Of a DNA stretch of 32,000 nt, positions 16,341-25,327 are shown piece after piece. The stretch covers positions 4,230,001 through 4,262,000 of the forward strand of contig LT962688.1 of the NCBI GenBank assembly GCA_900234795.1, in the 5' to 3' direction. The notes under the pieces are model-generated. The model ran no database searches, was not told the origin of the DNA, and saw only the letters and a list, made by a program, of their open reading frames with translations. Source of the stretch: Methylorubrum extorquens. GTDB taxonomy: Bacteria > Pseudomonadota > Alphaproteobacteria > Rhizobiales > Beijerinckiaceae. The stretch's first letter is position 1. Every line of letters begins with the position of its first letter. Both the position numbers and the translations under genes were made by a program.

Positions 16341-19300
16341 TCACGCCGCCTCCGCCGTCGCCGCCCGTTCACGCGCGAGCTTCGTCACGCCGACCTGATC
16401 GACCTTGCCGGTGCCGAGCATCGGCAGGCCTTCCACGACGACCACCTCGGCGGGAACCGCGACGTCGGCCGCGCCCCGGCTCTTGGCGTGGGTCTGGTAG
16501 GCGGCTCGGGTCGCGCCCTTGGCTTGCGTGAACAGGATCAGGCGCTCGCCCTTGCGGGCATCGGGCACGGCGGCCACCGCGCTCGGGGCGTCGGGCCAGA
16601 GTTCGGCGGCCAAGGCCTCGACGCTGGCCAGCGACACCATCTCGCCCGCGATCTTGGCAAAGCGCTTGGCCCGGCCCTTGATCGTCACGAAGCCGTCGGC
16701 GTCGAAAGCGACTATGTCGCCGGTGTCGTACCAGCCGTCGGCGGGCGACTCGAGCACGCCGGGATTCTCCGCCCGCAGGTAGCCGAGCATGATGTTGGGG
16801 CCGCGCACCATGAGGCGTCCGCCCTCGTCGAGGCCGGGCACCGGTTCGAGCCGTGACTCGATCCCCGGCAGCAGCCGGCCGACCGTGCCGAAGCGGTTGA
16901 ACATCGGCGTGTTGAGCGCGAGCACCGGCCCGCATTCGGTCACGCCGTAGCCTTCCAGGATGCGCAGGCCGAACTTTTCCGCCCAGGTCTTGCGGGTCGC
17001 CTGCTTCACCGGCTCGGCGCCGGCCACGACGTAGCGCAGGGAGCGCAGGTCGTAGGAATGCGCCATCTTCGCGTAGCCGGTAAGGAAGGTGTCGGTGCCG
17101 AACAGGACCGTGGCGTTGGTGCCGTAGATGAGTTCGGGCACGATCCGGTAGTGCAGCGGCGAGGGGTAGAGGTAGACCGGCACGCCCGAGATCAGCGGCA
17201 GCACCAGCCCCGCCGTCAGCCCGAAGGCGTGGAACACCGGCAGCACGTTGAACACCTTGTCGCGCGGCCCGAAATCGATGCGGGCGGCGACCTGCGCGGT
17301 GTTGGCGAGCATCGCCCGGTTAGCGAGCATCACCCCCTTCGGCGTGCCCTCGCTGCCTGAGGTGAACAGGATCGCGGCCGGATCGCTGCCATGCCGCGCG
17401 ACGAGCGGACGGCGGGGCTCCAAGAATCCGCGGATCTTGTCGCCGGTGGTGACGCCCGCCCGCACGTCCTCGAGATAGATCAGGCGCAGGCTGCCCTGGA
17501 TGCCCTCGATCAGGGCGCCGAGGCGCCCCTTCTCGATGAAGGCGCGCGAGGTGAGGAGGGTGTCGACCTGCGCCGCCCGGCAGGCCGAGAGCACCGCGGC
17601 GGGGCCGGCGGAAAAGTTGATCATCGCCGGCACGCGGCCCGCACTGGCCAGCGCGAAGAACGTCACCGCCGCGCCGTTGGCGTTGGGCAGCATCAGCCCG
17701 ACCGGCTTTTTCGCGTCTGGCAGCAGCGCCTGAAGCTTCCGGCCCAGGATGTTGGCGCCCATCACGAGGCGGGCATAGCTCATCGTGCCCGAGACTGGGT
17801 CTTCGAGCGCTGTGCGCCGCCAGCCGTGAAGCTGGCCCGCTTCGATGAGCGCGGCGAAGACGCCGCGGTCGATGTCGGCGGTCTCGAACACGAGATCCGA
17901 CATGATGTCGTAGAGCGCCGCGCCCGCAGCGCGACGGCGGTTCTTGCCCTTGAGTTCGGGATCGACGTGGAGGCGGACCGGCGGCATGATCGTTACCGTC
18001 ACCTTCGGCCACCACGCCCGGCGGACCTGATCGCGCTTCAGGCGCGAGAAGATGGTGCGCTCCGGCCCGTCGATCTTCACCGGCACGACCATGGCGCCGG
18101 ACTTGTCGGCGATGAGGCCCGCGCCGTCATAGACCTTCATCAGGCTGCCCGTGACGGTGAGCCGGCCCTCGGGGAAGATGATCAGCGTCTCGCCGCTCTT
18201 GACCGCGTTGATCAGCGTGCGGGTGGCCAGCGGCCGCGTCGGGTCGAGCGGCATCGCCTTCGTCACCTTGAGGAACGGCTTCACCCACCAGCGCTGGGCG
18301 ATGCCGTGGTCAATGGCGAAGACGGGTTCCTTGTCGAGCAGCGAGAGCGCCAGCGGCGCGTCGAGGAAGGAGACGTGGTTGAGGGCGACGATGGCGTTCG
18401 GGCCCGCCTTCTCCACGTTCTCCAGGCCCTTCACCTCCAGGCGGTAGAAGGCGCGGAACAGGATCGAGAGGGCATCACGCAGGGGGTTCGTCGGCAGGGT
18501 CACGAGGATCACCGCGCCGGCGATCAGGTTCAGCACGGCCACGAGGCCGAGAAGCTGCGCCGTGGAGAGGCCGAGGCCCTGAAGCACCGCGAGCGCCAGG
18601 GTGCCGGCGACCATGAAGGCGGCGGTGAGCACGTTGACCGCGCCGATGACGCGGGCGCGCTTGGCCTTCTCGGTCCAGGCCTGCACCGCGGCAAACGAGG
18701 GCACGACGTAGAGCCCGCCCGCGACGGCGAGACCGAAGAAGTCGATGGCGATGCGCAGGCCCGAGCCGCCGGAGATAAAGTCCCAGGCGCCGACCGGCTC
18801 TCCGACGGCGGGGCTCACCTGCGAGACCGTCCAGGCGAGATCGAGCCCGAACAGGCCCATCAGCACCGCGCCGACCGGCGTCGGCAGCAGCACGATGCGC
18901 CCGCTCGCGAGCCACGAGGCGAGGCCGGAGCCGACCGCGATGCCGACGGAGAAGATGGCGAGCAGGGTGGTGGCGACGATCTCGGTGCCGTTGAGGGTCT
19001 GGCGCACCAGCACGGGCATCAGCGAGAGGATGACCACGCCGACGAGCCAGAACCAGCTCACGATCACCGAGCCGCGCCACAGCCGCGTGTCGGACCACAG
19101 GTCGCGCAGGAGTTCGGCGGTGGAGCGGGCGACGTTGCGGTCGACATGCAGGTCGGGCGCGCCCTCGCCGGTGGCCGGGATCATCCGCGCGGCGAGCCAG
19201 CACAGGACCGCCATGCCCATCAGCCCGGCGCCGAGCCCGAGCGCGTGGCCGCCCATCGCCATGGCCAGACCCGCGGTGATGGTGCCGAGGAGGATCGCGA

Positions 19301-19757
19301 GGAAGGTCGCGGCCTCGACCAGCGCGTTGCCGGCGGTCAGCTCCTCGCGCTTCAGGTGGTCGGGCAGGATGCCGTACTTGATCGGCCCGAACAGCGCCGC
19401 GATGATCCCGAACAGGCCAAGCGCCGCGAACAGGAGCGGCACCGAGTGCAGCCAAAAGCCGAGCACCGAGAGCAGGGCCGCGAAAATCTCCGCGAATTTC
19501 AGCCGCTTGGCCAGCACCGCCTTGTCGTAGCGGTCGGCCATCTGCCCGCCGAGGCCCGACAGGATGAAGAACGGGCCGATGAACACGGCGCTGGCCAGCG
19601 TCACCAGCACCCCGCCCGAACTCTCGGCCCGCGCGCTCACCTGAAACAGGATCAGCAGAGCGAGCGCGTTCTTGAGGAAATTGTCGTTGAAGGCTGAAAA
19701 GAATTGGCACCAGAACAGCGGCGCGAAGCGTCGCGTCGTCATCAGTGTGCGGAACAT
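16341..19757 (-). CDS. aas: Tri-domain fusion of an MFS lysophospholipid transporter (LplT-like), a PlsC-type acyltransferase and an acyl-ACP synthetase (Aas-like)
   Basis: The start is taken at MFRTLMTTRRFAPLFWCQFFSAFNDNFLKNAL (MFS N-terminus), with GGGAGAG 6 nt upstream. The acyltransferase HxxxxD motif is NHVSFLDAP. The AMP-binding motif is ILFTSGSEGTPKGV, followed by later adenylation motifs (YGVTE, WYDTGD). The track ORF extends 77 codons upstream into non-coding-looking sequence. Confidence 0.85.
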   Translation of the reverse strand: MFRTLMTTRRFAPLFWCQFFSAFNDNFLKNALALLILFQVSARAESSGGVLVTLASAVFIGPFFILSGLGGQMADRYDKAVLAKRLKFAEIFAALLSVLGFWLHSVPLLFAALGLFGIIAALFGPIKYGILPDHLKREELTAGNALVEAATFLAILLGTITAGLAMAMGGHALGLGAGLMGMAVLCWLAARMIPATGEGAPDLHVDRNVARSTAELLRDLWSDTRLWRGSVIVSWFWLVGVVILSLMPVLVRQTLNGTEIVATTLLAIFSVGIAVGSGLASWLASGRIVLLPTPVGAVLMGLFGLDLAWTVSQVSPAVGEPVGAWDFISGGSGLRIAIDFFGLAVAGGLYVVPSFAAVQAWTEKAKRARVIGAVNVLTAAFMVAGTLALAVLQGLGLSTAQLLGLVAVLNLIAGAVILVTLPTNPLRDALSILFRAFYRLEVKGLENVEKAGPNAIVALNHVSFLDAPLALSLLDKEPVFAIDHGIAQRWWVKPFLKVTKAMPLDPTRPLATRTLINAVKSGETLIIFPEGRLTVTGSLMKVYDGAGLIADKSGAMVVPVKIDGPERTIFSRLKRDQVRRAWWPKVTVTIMPPVRLHVDPELKGKNRRRAAGAALYDIMSDLVFETADIDRGVFAALIEAGQLHGWRRTALEDPVSGTMSYARLVMGANILGRKLQALLPDAKKPVGLMLPNANGAAVTFFALASAGRVPAMINFSAGPAAVLSACRAAQVDTLLTSRAFIEKGRLGALIEGIQGSLRLIYLEDVRAGVTTGDKIRGFLEPRRPLVARHGSDPAAILFTSGSEGTPKGVMLANRAMLANTAQVAARIDFGPRDKVFNVLPVFHAFGLTAGLVLPLISGVPVYLYPSPLHYRIVPELIYGTNATVLFGTDTFLTGYAKMAHSYDLRSLRYVVAGAEPVKQATRKTWAEKFGLRILEGYGVTECGPVLALNTPMFNRFGTVGRLLPGIESRLEPVPGLDEGGRLMVRGPNIMLGYLRAENPGVLESPADGWYDTGDIVAFDADGFVTIKGRAKRFAKIAGEMVSLASVEALAAELWPDAPSAVAAVPDARKGERLILFTQAKGATRAAYQTHAKSRGAADVAVPAEVVVVEGLPMLGTGKVDQVGVTKLARERAATAEAA

Positions 19758-19817
19758 CGTGGTCTCTCCCGGCTCCGGGCATGACTGCCTGCCGACGGCG
19801 TAGGCGTCAAATCCGCG

Positions 19818-19836
19818 TTTTGCACGACGTTCAAAA
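19818..19836. promoter_or_regulatory. Operator-like palindrome TTTTGCAC-gac-GTTCAAAA in the aas/tetR divergent region
   Basis: It has 8-bp arms with one mismatch. It shares the core TTGCAC-GNC-GTNCAA with the site at 19869-19885, 50 bp away centre to centre. Confidence 0.4.
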
Positions 19837-19868
19837 TGAACGCGGCCCGAGCCGGCTGCAAGCTTGAT

Positions 19869-19885
19869 ATTGCACGGCGTGCAAT
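19869..19885. promoter_or_regulatory. Perfect palindrome ATTGCAC-ggc-GTGCAAT, a candidate TetR operator
   Basis: It has 7-bp perfect arms. It lies 10 bp upstream of the tetR ATG and 112 bp upstream of the divergent aas start. Confidence 0.45.
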
Positions 19886-19894
19886 CTACCCCGG

Positions 19895-20575
19895 ATGAGG
19901 CGTGCGAACCGGCACGGGAACGGGCGGCGCGCAGGCACGGAGACGGATTTGGCAAAAGACTCCGCAAGAAACTCGGCACCCAAGGCACGGGGCAGCGGGC
20001 CGCGGGGTGAGCACGACCGGGAGGGCTTCATCGCTCTGGTCGCGGGCGCGGCGGAGAGCCTCGTGCGCAACGAGGGCTATCGTGCACTCGGCATGCGGCG
20101 GCTGGCGGCGGCCATCGGCTACGCGCCGAACTCGATCTACAACGCGGTGGGCGACCTCGATCAGGTGGTCCTGCGGGTCAACGCCCGCACCCTGGCCCGG
20201 CTGCATACGGCGCTGAGCGCCGTGATCGATCCGGAGCGGGCGGCGCGGGACAACGCCCTAGCGCTGGCCGACGCCTACCTCGTCTTCGTCGCCGCCGACC
20301 CGCGGGTCTGGAGCCTGCTGTTCGAGCATCTCGTCGCGCCGGACCAGCCGTTTCCGGACTGGTACGCCGCGGCCCTGGCCGAACCGGTCATGCTCGTCGA
20401 TACGGTGCTGGCGCCGCTGATCGTCCCCGCCGACGAGCGCCGTCGGGCGGTGGCCGCCCTCTGGGCCGCCCTGCACGGCCTCGCCTCGCTCTCGACCTCG
20501 CGCAAGCTCGCCGTGCTCACCCCCGACGCACCGCAGGATCTCGCCCGGCTGCTGGTGGGGCGGTTTCTGGGGTGA
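19895..20575 (+). CDS. TetR/AcrR-family transcriptional regulator (WHG-type C-terminal domain)
   Basis: The HTH is LVRNEGYRALGMRRLAAAIGYAPNSIYNAVGDLDQVV, and the C-terminal motif is LWAALHGLASL. It is divergent from the LplT-Aas gene. The basic ~40-aa N-terminal extension makes the exact start uncertain (a TTG at 19949 is possible). Confidence 0.8.
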   Translation: MRRANRHGNGRRAGTETDLAKDSARNSAPKARGSGPRGEHDREGFIALVAGAAESLVRNEGYRALGMRRLAAAIGYAPNSIYNAVGDLDQVVLRVNARTLARLHTALSAVIDPERAARDNALALADAYLVFVAADPRVWSLLFEHLVAPDQPFPDWYAAALAEPVMLVDTVLAPLIVPADERRRAVAALWAALHGLASLSTSRKLAVLTPDAPQDLARLLVGRFLG

Positions 20576-20585
20576 TTTTTTGCGA

Positions 20586-20608
20586 CCCTTTCCGCCCGGC
20601 GGGAAGGG
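20586..20608 (+). terminator. Stem-loop just after the tetR stop codon
   Basis: CCCTTTCCGC...GCGGGAAGGG forms a stem of about 10 bp with one G-U pair. The T-run precedes rather than follows the stem, so this is a weak call. Confidence 0.2.
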
Positions 20609-20695
20609 CGGTGCGCGAGCGGGACCGGCCGGCGGTCTTCAGTGAGACGCGAAGACGGGTATAGAGCCCGCAACACCGCCCGACCGGATCCTTCG

Positions 20696-21583
20696 ATGAC
20701 TCACCCTTCCGTCCCGACGCTGCGCCATTTCGCGGAGGTCGCCGAGCGCTACGACCTGATCCTGTGCGATGTCTGGGGCGTGCTGCATGATGGGACGCGG
20801 GGCCATGTCGCGGCCGGCGAGGCGCTGATCCGCTTCCGCGGTCTCCCCGGCCCGCGTCCGCGCCGGGTGATCCTGGTCTCGAACGCGCCCCGCCCGTGGC
20901 AGGGCGTCCAAAAAATCCTCGACGGCTACGGCGTGCCGCGGGAGGCCTACGACGCGATCCTCACCTCCGGCGACCTGACCCGGCGGCTGATCGCCGAGCA
21001 TCCGGGTGAGCGGGTGTATCATTTGGGGCCGGAGCGCGACGCGCCGGTCTTCGACGGGCTCGATCTCACCCTGGTCCCGGCGGCAGAGGCGCAGCGCATC
21101 GTCTGCACCGGTCTGTTCGATGATGATACCGAGACGGCGGAGGATTACCGCGAGGCGTTGGCCGAGTTCCGCGAGCGCAAGGTGCCGATGATCTGCGCCA
21201 ACCCCGATCTCGTGGTCGAGCGAGACAAGAAACTGATCCCCTGCGCCGGCCTGATCGCCCAGGCTTACGAGGCCATCGGCGGCGCGGTCGTCTATGCGGG
21301 TAAGCCCTATCGGCCGGTCTACGAGACGGCGCTGGCCATGGCCGGGGAACTTGACGGCCTGCCGCCGCCGGACGTGCGCCGCACGGTGGCGGTGGGCGAT
21401 GCGATCCGCACCGACATCGCCGGTGCGGCCGGTTACGGCATCCCCTCGGTCCTCGTCGCCCGCGGCATCCATGCGGAGGAACTCGGCGTCACGGCCGAGC
21501 ATCACAGCCTCGGCGACATCGCCGATTGGCTGTCGCGCCAGGAGGTGAAGCCCGACGCGGTGATCGAGCGGCTGGTCTGGTAA
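20696..21583 (+). CDS. HAD-superfamily subfamily IIA hydrolase (TIGR01459-like)
   Basis: The nucleophile motif is LILCDVWGVLHDG, followed by VILVSNAPR and the distal motifs YAGKP and VGDAIRTDIAGA. The start is taken at MTHPSVP (20696). Confidence 0.8.
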   Translation: MTHPSVPTLRHFAEVAERYDLILCDVWGVLHDGTRGHVAAGEALIRFRGLPGPRPRRVILVSNAPRPWQGVQKILDGYGVPREAYDAILTSGDLTRRLIAEHPGERVYHLGPERDAPVFDGLDLTLVPAAEAQRIVCTGLFDDDTETAEDYREALAEFRERKVPMICANPDLVVERDKKLIPCAGLIAQAYEAIGGAVVYAGKPYRPVYETALAMAGELDGLPPPDVRRTVAVGDAIRTDIAGAAGYGIPSVLVARGIHAEELGVTAEHHSLGDIADWLSRQEVKPDAVIERLVW

Positions 21584-21728
21584 TCGAGGAGGTCAGCGGA
21601 AAGCCGGCCCCCCTTCCTGCCCATTCTATGGCTCTTACGCAGTCCGATCCGCGCGGAAATACCCCGGCACGGTCGCCAACCGGTGACGCGATTGCTATGG
21701 GGGCCGAAATCAAGCTGGATCCGAGACG

Positions 21729-22892
21729 ATGACGAGACCGGAGGCAGGCGGCCCGAGCGGCGCGGAGGCGTTGCGCCATGTGCGGCTGTCGGCGCATTTT
21801 TCCGCCTGCGGATACGTGCCCGCATCGCCCCCCGTGCTGCAGCCGGTGGAGCCGTTCCTCGAATTGTCGGGCGAGGACATCCGGCGGCGCATCTTCGTGA
21901 CGCAGGACGCGAACGGGGCCGAACTGTGCCTGCGGCCGGAATTCACCATTCCCGTCTGCCGCCTGCATCAGGCGACCCGGCCCGGCGAGAGCGCCGATTA
22001 CAGTTATCTCGGCCCGGTCTTCCGCCTCGTGGCGGGCGAGCCCGACGAGTTCGTCCAGGGCGGCATCGAATCGATCGGGCGCACCGACACCCCGGCGGCG
22101 GATGCCGAGGTGCTGGGGCTCGCCCTCGAAGGGCTCGCCCTGCTCGGGCGCTCCGACGTCACCGTGCGGCTCGGCGATATGGGCCTGACCCACGCCTTCC
22201 TCGACGCCCTCCACGTGCCGCCGGTGGCCAAGCGCCGGACCCTGCGGGCGATCGCCGCCGGGCGCTCCCTCGACGAGGTCGCCAACAGCGTGCAGGCCGA
22301 GGACCGCCATGCCGGCCTGCTGGCCGCGATCCAGGGCCAGGATGCGGGCGCCGTGCGCGCCTTCGTGGAGGACGTGCTGTCCATCGCCGGCATCTCGCAG
22401 GTGGGCGGGCGCAGCGCCGGCGCCATCGCCGAGCGCTTCCTCGCCAAGGCCTCGGCGCAGGCGCACGGCGGCGCCGGCCTCAACGCGACGAACCGCGAAC
22501 TGATCGAGCGCTACTGCGCCATCTCCGGCGATCCCGATGCGGCCGTGGCGGCGGTGCGGGCGCTGGCGCGCGAGGCGGGGCTGACCCATAACGGGCTGGA
22601 GGCGGCGCTCGCCCTGTTCGAGGAGCGCACCGGCTTCATGGCGGCGCGGGGTCTGCCGGTCGAGCGCTTCCGGTTCAACGGCGGGTTCGCGCGCAACCTC
22701 GACTATTATACCGGCTTCATCTTCGAGGTGACGGGTCCTCAGGGTGGCCCGACCCTGGTCGGCGGCGGGCGCTATGACGGGCTCCTGCAGCAGCTCGGCA
22801 GCCCGGTGCCGCTGCCGGCGGTGGGCTGCGCGTTCTGGCTGTCGCGCTGCGCCCAAGCCGACACGAGCGGAAGCGAAGGAGTTGTCGCGTGA
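21729..22892 (+). CDS. hisZ: ATP phosphoribosyltransferase regulatory subunit (HisRS paralogue)
   Basis: Class-II aaRS-like motifs without an anticodon domain are present: LRPEFTIPVCR, YSYLGPVFR, EFVQGGIESIG and GGGRYDGLL. The stop overlaps the hisG GTG start (GTGA at 22889-22892). Confidence 0.85.
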   Translation: MTRPEAGGPSGAEALRHVRLSAHFSACGYVPASPPVLQPVEPFLELSGEDIRRRIFVTQDANGAELCLRPEFTIPVCRLHQATRPGESADYSYLGPVFRLVAGEPDEFVQGGIESIGRTDTPAADAEVLGLALEGLALLGRSDVTVRLGDMGLTHAFLDALHVPPVAKRRTLRAIAAGRSLDEVANSVQAEDRHAGLLAAIQGQDAGAVRAFVEDVLSIAGISQVGGRSAGAIAERFLAKASAQAHGGAGLNATNRELIERYCAISGDPDAAVAAVRALAREAGLTHNGLEAALALFEERTGFMAARGLPVERFRFNGGFARNLDYYTGFIFEVTGPQGGPTLVGGGRYDGLLQQLGSPVPLPAVGCAFWLSRCAQADTSGSEGVVA

Positions 22893-23866
22893 CCGATTCG
22901 CCCCTCGTTCTCGCCGTCCCCTCGAAGGGCCGGCTTCAGGAGAATGCCAGCGCCTTCTTCTCCCGCGCCGGGCTCAAGCTCGTGCAGAAGGCGGGCGCGC
23001 GTGAGTATCGCGGCACGCTCGCCGGCCTGCCCGGTGTCGAGGTGCGCTACCTCTCGGCCTCCGAGATCGCCGGCCAGCTCGCGAGCGGCGCCGCCCATCT
23101 CGGCGTGACCGGCGAGGATCTGATCCGCGAGATGCTGCCCGATCCGGGCGCGAGCGTCGAACTCTTGACGCCGCTCGGCTTCGGCCATGCCAGCGTGGTC
23201 GTGGCGGTGCCGCAGGCCTGGATCGACGTGCGCGCCATGAGCGACCTCGACGAGGTCGCCAGCGAGATGCGCCTGCGCCAGGGCCGGCGGATGCGCATCG
23301 CCACCAAATACGTGAACCTGACGCGCCGCTTCTTCGCCGAGGCCGGTATCGCCGATTACCGCATCGTCGAGAGCTTAGGCGCCACTGAGGGCGCCCCGGC
23401 GGCGGGCTCGGCGGAGATCATCGTCGACATCACCACCACTGGCACCACGCTCGCGGCCAACGCGCTGAAGATCCTCGATGACGGGGTGATGCTGCGCTCG
23501 GAGGCCAACCTCGTCGCCTCGCTGAAAGCCCCCTGGGGCGAGACGGCGCGGGCCGCTTTGCGCACCGTGCTCGGCCGCATCGCGGCGGAGGAGCGCGCCC
23601 GCACCAGCCGCGAGGTGCGCGCGGGGCTGCCCGAATCCGGCGAGATCGACCTGGCCACGATCGCCGGCCTGCACGAGGCCGAGCTGCCCTACGGCGCCCC
23701 GCGCGGCGCCGACGGCGAGATCGTGATGCGCTGCCCCGTGGATGCCGTGTTCGATCTCTCCGACGCCCTGGTGCAGGCCGGGGCGCGGTCCGTCACCGTG
23801 CGGCGGATCGACTACGCCTTCGCGGCGGAGAACCCGCTGGCGGAGCGGCTGCTGGCGCGGCTGTAA
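22889..23866 (+). CDS. hisG: ATP phosphoribosyltransferase, long form with a C-terminal regulatory domain
   Basis: LVLAVPSKGRLQE, AHLGVTGEDLIRE and DITTTGTTLAANALK form the catalytic core. The C-terminal ~100 aa (ARTSREVRAG...IVMRCPVDAVFDLSDALVQAGARSVTVRRIDYAF) aligns by eye with the E. coli HisG C-terminal domain. Confidence 0.9.
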   Translation: MTDSPLVLAVPSKGRLQENASAFFSRAGLKLVQKAGAREYRGTLAGLPGVEVRYLSASEIAGQLASGAAHLGVTGEDLIREMLPDPGASVELLTPLGFGHASVVVAVPQAWIDVRAMSDLDEVASEMRLRQGRRMRIATKYVNLTRRFFAEAGIADYRIVESLGATEGAPAAGSAEIIVDITTTGTTLAANALKILDDGVMLRSEANLVASLKAPWGETARAALRTVLGRIAAEERARTSREVRAGLPESGEIDLATIAGLHEAELPYGAPRGADGEIVMRCPVDAVFDLSDALVQAGARSVTVRRIDYAFAAENPLAERLLARL

Positions 23867-23890
23867 GAGGTCGGCTTCCCCCATCCGCGA

Positions 23891-23997
23891 CCTCATCCTG
23901 AGGTGCGGAGCGAAGCGGAGCCTCGAAGGATCCTCCAGATCCCGCGCGATTTCTGGAGGATCCTTCGAGGGCGCACACGCGCCACCTCAGGATGAGG
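23891..23997. repeat. Nested-palindrome REP/MITE-like element between convergent hisG and the DUF1311 gene
   Basis: The outer 15-bp arms are CCTCATCCTGAGGTG (23891-23905) and CACCTCAGGATGAGG (23983-23997). The inner perfect 19-bp arms are CCTCGAAGGATCCTCCAGA (23921-23939) and TCTGGAGGATCCTTCGAGG (23952-23970), with a 12-nt loop. It probably also acts as a bidirectional terminator. Confidence 0.8.
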
Positions 23998-24016
23998 GGT
24001 TTGGTGGGAAAGCGCC

Positions 24017-24358
24017 TTACTGCCCGCCCTGCTTGGCGAACTCCGACAGCACGCCCCGCAGCACCTTGAGCCGGCCCTCGTAGGCCGCGGTGAGGCAGGC
24101 CACATCGGCGCCGCAGGCGCGGCGGTCCTTGAGCCAGGCCTCCTGATCGTCCTGCATCTTGGTGCGGTTTCCCATCGGCAGCAGGTCTTTGAGGATGTCG
24201 AAGCGCACCGCCATCTCGACGTCGAGGTCGTTGAGGGCGCGGGTGTCGCAGATCGTCTTCTCGTCCGGCGTCTCGGCCTTGGCGCAGGCGAAGCTCGCCG
24301 CCGCCGCGGGGGAGGCTGCCGCGAGGCTCAGGGCGAGGGCGAGAAACAGCGTACGCAT
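24017..24358 (-). CDS. Secreted DUF1311/LprI-like (lysozyme-inhibitor family) protein
   Basis: Only the last 113 aa of track ORF 24017..24829 are credible. The signal peptide is MRTLFLALALSLAAASPAAAAS. It is followed by C-x-K-A-x-T-x-x-E-x-x-IC...L-x-x-LD...QEAWLKDRRACG, the DUF1311 pattern. Confidence 0.7.
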   Translation of the reverse strand: MRTLFLALALSLAAASPAAAASFACAKAETPDEKTICDTRALNDLDVEMAVRFDILKDLLPMGNRTKMQDDQEAWLKDRRACGADVACLTAAYEGRLKVLRGVLSEFAKQGGQ

Positions 24359-24444
24359 CGGACAGGCTCCCGCGTGAGCAACGGCCACGCTTTGCCTTTC
24401 CAACGGCTCGTTCTCGGCCCGGTGCCCGGAGCCGGGCAAAAAAA

Positions 24445-24897
24445 TCAGCTCCAGGGCTTCACGATCGCGAGGATGACGATGACGATCATCAGCAGCGTCG
24501 GCACCTCGTTGATGACTCGGTAGAAGCGCTGGCTCCGCGCGTTGCGGTCGGCGGCGAAGTCCTTGACCGTGCGGGAGAGGAAGCCGTGCACGCCGCTCAT
24601 CGCCAGCACCAGGGCGAACTTCGCCTGGAGCCAGGGCGCGGCGTAGTAGCCGCTCTGCCACGCGAGCCAGAGGCCGAGGATCCAGGTGACGATCATGGCC
24701 GGGGTCATGATCGCCTTGAGCAGGCGCCGTTCCATGACCTTGAAGGTCTCGGACTGCACCCGCGAGCCCGCCGGCAGGGCGGCGTGATAGACGAACAGGC
24801 GCGGCAGATAGAGCATCGCCGCCATCCAAGAGATGACCGCGATGACGTGGAAAGCCTTGATCCAGGGGTACAGGGTCTCAAGCACCGGGTGAGGCAC
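24445..24897 (-). CDS. hemJ: Protoporphyrinogen IX oxidase, HemJ type
   Basis: YPWIKAFHVIAVISWMAAMLYLPRLFVYHA is the HemJ (UPF0093) signature. The protein is a 150-aa four-helix membrane protein in a heme gene context. Confidence 0.85.
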   Translation of the reverse strand: MPHPVLETLYPWIKAFHVIAVISWMAAMLYLPRLFVYHAALPAGSRVQSETFKVMERRLLKAIMTPAMIVTWILGLWLAWQSGYYAAPWLQAKFALVLAMSGVHGFLSRTVKDFAADRNARSQRFYRVINEVPTLLMIVIVILAIVKPWS

Positions 24898-25327
24898 TCC
24901 GTGTGGGGGATGCGGCGCTTAAGAGCGCCAGGAATTGTCCGGTCAGGAGCGGTGCGAGCGGCAAAGCGGACGGGTCCGCTTTGCCGCTGAGCGAGAGCCA
25001 GCGGATCTCCTCGATCTCCGCACCGCAGACAGGGTTCAGGCCAGGAGTGGCGCCCTGCCGATAGACGGTCGCTTCGACGATATGGCCGGGCTCGTTGGCT
25101 GCCTCCGCCTCGAACTGGCCGAGCCGCACAGCCGTGCGGGCGTCGTAGGCGAGCGCGAGTTCTTCCCGGAGTTCACGGGCAAGGCAGGCGGCATCGGACT
25201 CATCCGCCTCGAACTTGCCGCCCGGGAGCATGAAGCGGAGGCTGCCGCGCTTGCGCACCACCAGCAACGCCTCGCCCGTCTCGTCCCGGCGCGTGAGAGC
25301 CAAGGCCGCGACGCGGATACGCGTCAC
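24878..25327 (-). CDS. NUDIX hydrolase
   Basis: The Nudix box is GGKFEADESDAACLARELREELAL. The GTG start overlaps the hemE stop (GTGA at 25324-25327), and the 3' end overlaps the hemJ start by 20 nt. The upstream part of track ORF 24878..25561 is junk in the alternative frame of hemE. Confidence 0.8.
   Translation of the reverse strand: MTRIRVAALALTRRDETGEALLVVRKRGSLRFMLPGGKFEADESDAACLARELREELALAYDARTAVRLGQFEAEAANEPGHIVEATVYRQGATPGLNPVCGAEIEEIRWLSLSGKADPSALPLAPLLTGQFLALLSAASPTRSASPGA

Noticed and set aside
17391-19697. A 768-aa plus-strand ORF and other ORFs overlapping the LplT-Aas gene, plus the 77-codon upstream extension of that gene (19758..19988).
   Set aside because: These are antisense or alternative-frame low-complexity translations. 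The extension lacks MFS features and would run through the divergent promoter and operator region and into the tetR start.
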